This document shows positions 12,457 through 20,500 of a stretch of 63,042 nucleotides of DNA, in pieces. The stretch's first letter is position 1, and the number at the start of each line of letters is the position of its first letter. Both the position numbers and the translations under genes were made by a program. The DNA comes from an uncultured Candidatus Saccharibacteria bacterium (GTDB lineage Bacteria; Patescibacteriota; Saccharimonadia; Saccharimonadales; JACDBH01), in NCBI GenBank assembly GCA_964644965.1, contig CAZXYN010000006.1, forward strand, positions 1-63,042. Reading direction: 5' to 3'. The notes beneath the pieces are model-generated. The model saw only the letters and a list, made by a program, of their open reading frames with translations. It had not been told where the DNA came from and ran no database searches.

Positions 12457-13983
12457 ATGCCTACCATGGGAGCCTCAATACATACACTAATTGATCAAGG
12501 ACTTACTGGCACAATCATTGACGTAGAGTGCCACCTTTCTAATAGCCTGCCTAATATAGTGATCGTGGGTGTGGCCAGCAAATCAGTTGATGAAGCCAAG
12601 GAACGTTTGCGTGGTGCCTACACAACAAGCAAACTTGAAATGCCTCGTAAGCGCATCACTCTGAACCTCGCGCCAGCTGATATCCCTAAAGAAGGTAGCA
12701 GTTTTGACCTAGCAATGGCGACTTCTATATTGCTAGCTACCAAACAGATACGGCCGTCCTCAAGATTAGAGAGTTCACTGGTATTCGGCGAGCTTGGCCT
12801 AGATGGATCTGTTAGACCTGTTAGGGGTATCATAGGCAAACTACTGGCAGCACGAAAACAGGGCTACCGCACATTCATTATCCCTGAGAAGAATCTGGCT
12901 CAAGCAAACCTCATACCTAATATCGACTTGCTTGCCGTTGGGAGTCTAGCGGAGCTTACAAAGCTACTGTCAGAAGAAACAGAACCGTCATTCACCCCAA
13001 GCAATGGAAAGCTTGGCTCGCAAATAACATCCTATGACACCGACTTCTCAGACATCATCGGTCAAGCTAGTGCTAAACGAGCACTAGAAATCGCCGCTGC
13101 AGGTCAGCACAATGTGTTGCTATCTGGGGCACCAGGTACTGGAAAAAGTATGCTTGCCAAGGCTTTGCCCACCATTATGCCGCAGCTGACCCGAAGTGAG
13201 ATGCTAGCTGTTACCCACATTCATAGCCTAGCCAGTCAGCATTTTGAGCGAATAATAACTACTAGGCCTTTCCGTAGTCCTCACCACAGTGCTAGCAGTG
13301 TTGCGATAATCGGTGGAGGCGCCAAGCCGCGTCCTGGTGAGATTAGCCTAGCTCACTGTGGAGTATTGTTTCTGGATGAGATTCCTGAATTTCAACGATC
13401 CACCATAGAAACTCTTAGACAACCCCTAGAAGATAAGCAAATCAGCATATCTAGAGCTCGAGATAGTCTGGAATTTCCGGCTGATTTTATACTAGTGGCT
13501 ACCAAGAATCCTTGCCCTTGTGGCTACTACGGCACTGATCACACATGCATATGTACGCCTCAGCAGATACTTCAGTACTCTAAGAAACTTTCTGGCCCAA
13601 TCATGGATCGTATTGACCTATACGTTGATGTCGATGCGGTCGACCATACATCACTCCTACAGCAAAAGACTAAAGAAGTTAATAGCGAACAAATAGCAAA
13701 AACTGTTGAGCAAGCTCGTGAACGACAATACGATCGAATACAGAACAAAAAGAAACTCAATGGATCATTATCTACTCGAGCAATCAAGCAAGCGGCTCAG
13801 CTAACACCAGAGGCTAAACGCCTGATTGATACCGCAAGCCCCCAGCTTCAACTATCTGCCCGAGCTTACATGCGCGCTATCAAGGTAGCTCGCACCATCG
13901 CCGACCTAGAAGGATCAGAGTCTGTAGACGAAGCACACATAGCTGAAGCCCTGCAATATCGACCGAAAACTGTCAGTCTTTAG
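12457..13983 (+). CDS. comM: YifB/ComM family Mg-chelatase-like AAA+ ATPase
   Basis: 508 aa. N-terminal Lon-protease-like ChlI domain. Walker A is GAPGTGKSM and Walker B is VLFLDE. The C-terminal Mg_chelatase_C-like region contains SARAYMRAIKVARTIADLEG. Confidence 0.9.
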   Translation: MPTMGASIHTLIDQGLTGTIIDVECHLSNSLPNIVIVGVASKSVDEAKERLRGAYTTSKLEMPRKRITLNLAPADIPKEGSSFDLAMATSILLATKQIRPSSRLESSLVFGELGLDGSVRPVRGIIGKLLAARKQGYRTFIIPEKNLAQANLIPNIDLLAVGSLAELTKLLSEETEPSFTPSNGKLGSQITSYDTDFSDIIGQASAKRALEIAAAGQHNVLLSGAPGTGKSMLAKALPTIMPQLTRSEMLAVTHIHSLASQHFERIITTRPFRSPHHSASSVAIIGGGAKPRPGEISLAHCGVLFLDEIPEFQRSTIETLRQPLEDKQISISRARDSLEFPADFILVATKNPCPCGYYGTDHTCICTPQQILQYSKKLSGPIMDRIDLYVDVDAVDHTSLLQQKTKEVNSEQIAKTVEQARERQYDRIQNKKKLNGSLSTRAIKQAAQLTPEAKRLIDTASPQLQLSARAYMRAIKVARTIADLEGSESVDEAHIAEALQYRPKTVSL

Positions 13984-13995
13984 CCAATACCCTGG

Positions 13996-14024
13996 TTGAC
14001 CTCTGGTATCATATCTGTTACAAT
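13996..14024 (+). promoter_or_regulatory. Promoter of infC-rpmI-rplT operon (extended -10)
   Basis: TTGACC (13996-14001), a 17-nt spacer, then TACAAT (14019-14024) preceded by TGT, giving TGTTACAAT. Confidence 0.6.
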
Positions 14025-14059
14025 GAGCTGCAAACTACAACCGTAAGGAGAAGCAGTTT

Positions 14060-14590
14060 ATCAACAAGCACACTCGCCTGAATGAATCGATTCGGGCATC
14101 TGAGCTGAGAGTCATCGGTGCAGACGGTCAGCAGCTAGGCGTTATGTCACGTACAGAAGCCCTGCAAGCAGCCGAAGCAGCAGAATTGGATCTCGTAGAA
14201 ATATCGCCTGAAGCAAGCCCACCTGTCGCCAAGATTGTGGACTGGGGCAAATACAACTACCAAAGAACCAAGCAGCTGCAAAAGAACAAGCGCAACACCA
14301 AGAACCTCGAAGTTAAACAGATGCGTTTCGGACTCAAAATCAGCGACCACGATCTAGGCGTAAAGGTACGCAAGATCACCGACTTTCTCCAGGAAGGTCA
14401 CAAAGTCAAGATAGCGATTGTCTATCGCGGCCGTGAAAACGCTCACCGTGACATCGGCTTCAAACTAGCCGAACGTGTCATCGAAAGTTTTCAGGACAGT
14501 ATAATTGTTGATCAACAGCCGCAACTCAACGGAAAACAGCTAATATTTGTTATAAGGAGTAATACTAATGCCCAAGCTAAAAACTCATAG
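14060..14590 (+). CDS. infC: Translation initiation factor IF-3, probably starting at a non-AUG ATC codon
   Basis: The frame is open from 14027. The conserved IF-3 N-terminus (INKHTRLNESIRASELRVIGADGQQLGVMS) lies upstream of the first ATG at 14144. AAGGAG (14045-14050) sits 9 nt before ATC at 14060. The track ORF 14144-14590 is the truncated version. Confidence 0.8.
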   Translation: MNKHTRLNESIRASELRVIGADGQQLGVMSRTEALQAAEAAELDLVEISPEASPPVAKIVDWGKYNYQRTKQLQKNKRNTKNLEVKQMRFGLKISDHDLGVKVRKITDFLQEGHKVKIAIVYRGRENAHRDIGFKLAERVIESFQDSIIVDQQPQLNGKQLIFVIRSNTNAQAKNS

Positions 14591-14762
14591 CGGCACCAAG
14601 AAGCGTGTAAAAGTCACCAAGAACGGTAAAGTTCTGCTACGCGGAGCTGGTGCAAATCACCTTCTACAGAAGAAAAGTGCAAGCCGCAAACGAACTTACG
14701 CAGGTCTTCGCCAAATGACTGGCAAATCTGCAAAGAATATTAAACTGAAACTAGGAGTCTAA
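14568..14762 (+). CDS. rpmI: 50S ribosomal protein L35
   Basis: 64 aa, MPKLKTHSGTKKRVKVTKNGKV...; it has the canonical position between infC and rplT. Confidence 0.95.
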   Translation: MPKLKTHSGTKKRVKVTKNGKVLLRGAGANHLLQKKSASRKRTYAGLRQMTGKSAKNIKLKLGV

Positions 14763-14766
14763 AGGA

Positions 14767-15111
14767 ATGCGAGTAAAAAGAGGAGTCACCAGCCACAAAA
14801 GGCACCAGAAGATTCGCCACGCTACTAGAGGCATGTCGCATTCAAATCACTCTAGTGTCAAGCGTGGTCGCCAAGCCGTTGTAAAGGGCTTGCAGAACGC
14901 TTACAGGGACCGCCGCAACAAGAAGCGCACATTCCGTAACCTATGGAATGCCCGTATTAATGCAGCTGCACGTCTAAACAACACTACTTACAGCAAGCTT
15001 ATCGCTTCACTGAAGTCAGCGAACATCCAACTCGACCGCAAGGTACTGAGTGAAATCGCCGTCAATGAGCCAAAAGCTTTTGAGGCAATCGTAAAAACAG
15101 CTCAAAAATAA
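14767..15111 (+). CDS. rplT: 50S ribosomal protein L20
   Basis: 114 aa, MRVKRGVTSHKRHQKI... with RDRRNKKRTFRNLWNARINAA. Confidence 0.95.
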   Translation: MRVKRGVTSHKRHQKIRHATRGMSHSNHSSVKRGRQAVVKGLQNAYRDRRNKKRTFRNLWNARINAAARLNNTTYSKLIASLKSANIQLDRKVLSEIAVNEPKAFEAIVKTAQK

Positions 15112-15122
15112 GTCTGTTTAAC

Positions 15123-15156
15123 AAAAAAACCGCTCCGTTAAGGGGCGGTTTTTTAT
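15123..15156. terminator. Bidirectional rho-independent terminator after rplT
   Basis: AAAAAAACCGCTCC-GTTAA-GGGGCGGTTTTTT: a GC stem flanked by an A-run and a T-run. Confidence 0.8.
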
Positions 15157-15159
15157 ATT

Positions 15160-15651
15160 GTCAGATAATCCATAAGCCGGGTTTTGTTTTAGCCAATCAT
15201 CTATCTAGTTACGCAATTGCTCACGTAATCGAGCGGATCTTATGGCGAAGTCCTGGCGGGAAACCTTATGTAGAACATCGCCTCCTTGCAGCAGACAGGG
15301 TTTACCTCCTCTGTACGTCACCGCACAGAGCTGTGGGCTCTTACCCCACTCGTTTCACCCTCACCCCGCACCTGAAATGGTTCAATCTTACGATTGATCC
15401 TGTGCTTTCTACTGACCCAGGACGGATTACTGGATCGTATGTTCACACGTCGCCAGTGTGCAAGCACTAACCATTTCAGGTGCGGAGCAGTTTCGTTTCT
15501 GTGGCACTTTCCCTAGGGTCTCCCCCGGTTGCCGTTAGCAACTGTCCTTCCCTACGCTGCCCGGACTTTCCTCCCCGCACCTGAAACCACATGCTCGCTT
15601 GTAAACAATGCATCCGAGCTCAGGTGCGGGGCGATTAGCCGAAAATCTGAC
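15160..15651 (-). ncRNA. rnpB: RNase P RNA (bacterial type A), relatively long
   Basis: The minus strand carries GGGGAGGAAAGTCCGGGCAG (P4 5' strand, around 15555-15578). It also carries ACAAAACCCGGCTTATGG (P4 3' strand, around 15168-15185), a P3 hairpin, and GGGTGAAACGAGTGGGGTAAGAGCCCACAGC (P10-P12 region). P1 pairs GTCAGAT (5') with ATCTGAC (3'). End coordinates are approximate, within about 10 nt. Confidence 0.85.
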
Positions 15652-15672
15652 TATCTTATCTTATCACAAGCG

Positions 15673-16356
15673 CTACTGTTGCTTGCGGGCATCAAGAGTT
15701 TGGTTGACCATAGCATCTGCTAGTTTGTTAAACTCACGCGGAACATGAGCAAAGGTCACTTCTTCAAACTGGGCTACAAGCTGCTTAATTGCGTCATGGA
15801 TCGGCCATAGGTCGCGATTTTTTACCTTAAAAATGCCTTTCATCTGATTGATAACAAGCAGACTGTCCATATAGACATGGACGGTTCGGGCACCCATACG
15901 CAGGCAGGCTTCCAGTCCGCCCTTGAGCGAATGATATTCGGCTTGATTATTAGTGGTAATACCTAGATATTTGCCACTCTCGTGCATAATTTGATCATCC
16001 ATATCAAGCACCACAAATCCACCGGCCGATGGTCCAGGGTTGCCTCGAGATCCACCGTCAGAGTACATTTTTACTTCTTTCAACTTGATTGTCGGGGCTG
16101 GTTCATTCGCCTTTTGTTTCTGGTGATTTTTGTAAAGCTCGTCGATGTCCTTAGCTAGAGCTTCGTCCTTTTCAGTAATCTCGCCCGCACTGTGCGTGTA
16201 GAGCCAGATTTGGACTTTGTTCCATTCATTTAGCCAGCGAGGATGGTGTTTTCTATCCTCGGCAAGTTTGGCGACTTGCTCCATGAAGCTGAACGCCTCC
16301 GCGAAATCTTTGAACTTATATTCTTTATAAAGTTGGTTGTTTTGTTTTTGCCACAT
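15673..16356 (-). CDS. Fusion protein: pterin-4a-carbinolamine dehydratase (PCD/DCoH)-like domain + RNase H (RNase HI/RVT_3-type) domain
   Basis: The N-terminal ~80 aa (FKDFAEAFSFMEQVAKLAEDRKHHPRWLNEWNKVQIWLYTHSAGEITEKD) match the PCD fold signature. The C-terminal ~130 aa (YSDGGSRGNPGPSAGGFV...NNQAEYHSLKGGLE...YMDSLLVINQ...NKLADAM) carry the RNase H acidic catalytic residues (DEDD-like). Confidence 0.7.
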   Translation of the reverse strand: MWQKQNNQLYKEYKFKDFAEAFSFMEQVAKLAEDRKHHPRWLNEWNKVQIWLYTHSAGEITEKDEALAKDIDELYKNHQKQKANEPAPTIKLKEVKMYSDGGSRGNPGPSAGGFVVLDMDDQIMHESGKYLGITTNNQAEYHSLKGGLEACLRMGARTVHVYMDSLLVINQMKGIFKVKNRDLWPIHDAIKQLVAQFEEVTFAHVPREFNKLADAMVNQTLDARKQQ

Positions 16357-16584
16357 ATGTCTATATTAACAGATTTAATCCTAAATACCCCTAGAGACCA
16401 TATCATAAACGGCTCAATAGAGCCGGCTTGATTAAACCTGAGGCTAATCAAGGTGGGACTCCTCATGACCACAGCACGCCGCGGTCGAATATTGAAACCC
16501 CTAAATATGAGTATTCAGATAATCATATTGCCGGAAACTCTATGAGCCGCCCCCATTATCTCACAACGAAGCACCCGAAATCTA

Positions 16585-17217
16585 CTAACCAATCCCCAGC
16601 AGGAACAATGTTATATCTTGGTTCAGATTCAAGACAACCGGGCCAATAAACTGCCAACCGACAAATATTAGTAAGAAGATCGCCCCTAGCCCCAATGTCT
16701 CTATGGAGCGTAGTACTCTCTGCAGAGGCTCTGGCGAGAACGCATAGAGTAACCTAGACCCATCCAGTGGTGGGAAAGGAATCATATTGAACACAAACAG
16801 CGCCACGTTAACTAGTGTAAAGATAACGACAAAGTCCGACCAAAAATTGGTAGTAACAAAACCTAGTTGATATATAAGTCCGCTGACACAGGCCAACGCA
16901 AGGTTCGTCAGAGGCCCGGCTATTCCTATGAGCGCAGCGCCAAATTCTTCGTACTTAACTCTGGTTGGATTGAAAGGCACTGGCTTGGCAGCAAAAATCG
17001 GTGGTAATCCTAACAGAATCATTACCATAGGCAACAAGGCTGTCGTGAAAATATCAATGTGCTTTAGGGGATTAAGCGTCAGACGACCCTCTTGTGCAGC
17101 CGTATCATCACCCAACCAATTACCAACAAATGCATGCATCGCCTCATGGAAGCTCATACCAATCAGCATCGTTACAAGCAAAAATATAAGCTGTTGGCCA
17201 CTAAAATCTTGAAACAT
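16585..17217 (-). CDS. Site-2 protease family (peptidase M50) membrane metalloprotease
   Basis: HEAMHAF (HExxH) lies in the first TM region and there are multiple TM helices. I chose the start at MFQDFSG (ATG at 17217) because the longer track ORF (to 17349) overlaps the rpmB promoter and start. Confidence 0.75.
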   Translation of the reverse strand: MFQDFSGQQLIFLLVTMLIGMSFHEAMHAFVGNWLGDDTAAQEGRLTLNPLKHIDIFTTALLPMVMILLGLPPIFAAKPVPFNPTRVKYEEFGAALIGIAGPLTNLALACVSGLIYQLGFVTTNFWSDFVVIFTLVNVALFVFNMIPFPPLDGSRLLYAFSPEPLQRVLRSIETLGLGAIFLLIFVGWQFIGPVVLNLNQDITLFLLGIG

Positions 17218-17246
17218 CTGCTGTCTAGTATAGCAGCACTTACCCC

Positions 17247-17275
17247 TTGACCAAATTGCCAAAAACAGATACAAT
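17247..17275 (+). promoter_or_regulatory. Promoter of rpmB
   Basis: TTGACC (17247-17252), a 17-nt spacer, then TACAAT (17270-17275). AAAGGAA precedes the ATG at 17303. Confidence 0.6.
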
Positions 17276-17302
17276 ACATGACTGAATCTAAAGGAAATAA
17301 CT

Positions 17303-17494
17303 ATGCAACGCTGCGATCTAACCGGTAAGGGCAAACAGTACGGCCACAATGTGAGCTTTTCTCAGCGCCACACCCAAAAAATCTGGAAGCCTAACCTTCA
17401 GACCAAGACATTTGTCGTAGATGGCAAAAAGGTCACTATGAAACTCAGCACCCAGGCTATCCGTACGCTCAAGAAAAAAGGCATTATAGCCTAA
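17303..17494 (+). CDS. rpmB: 50S ribosomal protein L28
   Basis: 63 aa, MQRCDLTGKGKQYGHNVSFSQRHTQKIWKPNLQ... Confidence 0.9.
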   Translation: MQRCDLTGKGKQYGHNVSFSQRHTQKIWKPNLQTKTFVVDGKKVTMKLSTQAIRTLKKKGIIA

Positions 17495-17511
17495 ACATCT
17501 TCGGTACAAAC

Positions 17512-17546
17512 AAAAACTGCCACTTGTCTAGGTGGCAGTTTTTGTT
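17512..17546. terminator. Bidirectional rho-independent terminator between rpmB and the giant gene
   Basis: AAAAACTGCCAC-TTGTCTAG-GTGGCAGTTTTTGTTT. Confidence 0.8.
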
Positions 17547-17552
17547 TATTCC

Positions 17553-20500
17553 CTACTGGATTATCTGATAGTCGAATGAGTAAACCACGTTTGGACTTGG
17601 TGCATCTACGAAGTGGATTCTGAATTCGGTTGCTGTCCGCTCAACATAGTAGTTCACAGCGGCCGCGTTCTGGTTGGTAGGGGTTAGCGTGACCCGAGGC
17701 TGTGCCGAGTACGGACTACCGAACACTAGGCGAACCTGTTGGCCTGCCGTAGGTGTTGCACCAGATGTGTAGGTAACTGTTCCGGCTGTATCGTTACCAC
17801 TGATAGATGCATTTGCGCCTACTGGAGTTGACGCTGTTGGCACTGAACCGCCAGAGACAATCTTGCCGTTTACCTTGATGCCTAGCACCTCGGCTTGACC
17901 TGCGACTGTAAGGTTACCGCCGATTGAAACATTGCCAATTACGGTCAGTTTAGCCAGCGTGGCTGGGCCACTTACATTCAGCTGAGTAAACATACCACTG
18001 TTAAGACGACTCTCTACATTGCCAAGTCGAGCATCATTCTGCTGCACCTGCACATCAAGCTGCTGCACAGCCCGGGTAAGTACCGCTGTCAGCTCTCGGT
18101 ATTTAAAGCTAACCAGAGTTCCATCCTCTTGATATTCACCAAGTAGCGGATTGACTGCCACACCTTCTTCGGCTATAAATCCAAAGTCGTGATTACCACT
18201 CTCTCTCCAGTTGAATTCACGAGGTATTAACTGACGAATAGTATCCAGACCCATTGATATGTTGGTAATGTCTTTCTTTTTTGCGGCTGTTGATGCACAG
18301 CGCCCAAAGACAGTTGGCAGGCCGTATATAGAAGCATCACCCCAGCAGGCGGTACCACTTCCCTGGGTACCTGTTTGGGCTGAAGCTAGCCAGCCGTTCG
18401 CCAACACACCTCCACTGACAGCTAAGTACTGTCCACTGCTATAATCACTCAGAACCGGACCTGCGGCGCCACCAATCCGCATGGCACCAGCCGAGTCAAT
18501 CAGAATACGTTGGCTTCCATTGTAAGTAAAACCAATGCCTGTATTACTTATCGTACCAAGCGCCCACGGGTTGGTGGCGGTATCGTTATCGAGGAAAACG
18601 ATATGAGAATCATTGGCATTTATTTGTAATCCTAGGGTAGGACCTGCAAAAATTCTAAGTTTTTCATAGCCGTCACTACTAAATGCAATCTCATCTTGTG
18701 ATGATGAATACATACCGGTATTACCGTTAACACCGCTCCAGGTGAAGGCTGGTGCAGAAGCGGAGCCCACGGTTGATGCGATAAACTGCCCACTAGTAGT
18801 TGTGCTGGTGCCATTATTTATATTGCCGAAGTTAGAGGTAATGGAACCCGCATCTAGTGCACCTGTACCGAGAATATTTGCGTACGAACCGCTAGCAAGT
18901 GAGTTATTCGCTATTGTTCCAAAGCCAAGTGTCGTGCCATTTAGCCGTAGTACATGCCCATCAGATCCAGCTATAATGTCGTCAACAACCCCTGATGTGC
19001 CGGCGCTACGACCTAGTACTGAGTTTGCAGCTGAGTCAACTAGTTTTGCCTTAGAGATAGTTCCTGAGCCAACGGTAAGCACACCAGTACTAGATATTGA
19101 CCCGTCACCGCTGAGTGCACGTGTAACCCACTGTGTGCCATCGCCAATCAGTAGATTTGCCGCTGTAGCTGTTGTTGAGCCAAGCTGTGCGCCATTTATC
19201 CGAGCCACTGTTGGGTCAGGATAGGTACCAGAAAGATCACCACCCGCCGCGCCGCCAGGGGACGCACCAGAGCCAGCGATACTACAATCAGACCAAGTTG
19301 GCGCATTACCCGTATTGCCCACCAGACAGTCGCCGCTACCACCCACACCTGTTACACCAAACGTGCCTGTGCCATTTCCAAAGAGAAGGCCGTATTGGGT
19401 GAATGTCCCTGCTCCGGTACCGCCATATGCTACCGCAAGCGTACCTGTGGAAACATTGCTTGCATTCAAGTTCGTAAGTGAAGCACCAGATCCAGAGAAC
19501 AGAGTGGCCGTGACCGTTCCAGTCACCTGGAGAGCTGTGCTTGGTGATGTATTACCAATACCAACTCTGTTCGTAGAAGCATCGACAAATAAGGTATCGG
19601 TATCGACACTGAGGTTAATGCTAGAAGCAACATCAACAGATGTACTACTTACGGAAAGCTTATTCGCGCCATCTGCAAAGAGCTGCAATACACCGCCAGT
19701 TGTATAGACAACACGACCCTGGCCGCCGTTTGCGGCACCAAGCCTTACCTCAGAGTCAAATGATCCATCTGTAGTAACAGCCAGTGGACCGTTATGCACA
19801 TGTAGCCGGGTTCCGGCTGCTGGCGAGGCGGTTCCTACACCAACTCGATTCCCAGTAGCGTCCACAAAGAAAGTATCTGTATCAACCGTAAGATTATCTA
19901 CTACTGTGAGACTACCATTAAATGTAGCCGCCATGGTACTAAGATCACCTTGCAACATCACATTACTGCCACTACCAATGCGCAGTTGGTTACTGACGTT
20001 GTTGGCAGAGGCATCAATGTTGTAGCCGATGATGACATTACTTGAGCCGGTTGTAAGATTATCCCCCGCCTGATAGCCGAGTAGGAGGTTGTTTGAGCCA
20101 GTAGACAGGGCAACGCCTGCATCCGTGCCAATAAGGGTGTTGTTAGAGCGGGAGGCACCAGAGCCAGAGCCAGCGTTAGTACCAATCGCGACATTGTTTT
20201 GTCCAGCGGTATTTCCCTGGAGAGCCCATGACCCGATAGCAATGTTGCCATTAGTACCCCCTTGCTGGCTGAAAGCAGCAGCATAACCGATAGCAATACT
20301 ATCGTTAGGGTTTGTGGCCGTAGTCAAGGCATCGTGCCCAATGGCCACATTACGTGCACCGGTAGTGATACTATCACCAGCATTACTACCCATGGCAATA
20401 TTGCTGGTTCCGGACGACAGTGCATTGAGCGAGTTAACACCCAGGCCAACATTATTACTAGCATTGGCGGTTATACGAGCAATCTCGGTACCAGCACTGT

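Noticed and set aside
12285-12494. A 69-aa ORF crossing the small-RNA candidate and overlapping the comM start
   Set aside because: It runs straight through an 11-bp perfect hairpin and an intrinsic terminator and overlaps comM. A non-coding reading is more parsimonious.
15529-15723. A 64-aa plus-strand ORF
   Set aside because: It lies antisense within the RNase P RNA gene and overlaps the end of the PCD-RNase H gene.
16585-17349. The long (254-aa) version of the M50 protease ORF
   Set aside because: The extra 44 N-terminal codons overlap the rpmB promoter and start on the other strand and encode a Cys/Arg-rich non-homologous peptide. The internal ATG at 17217 was preferred.
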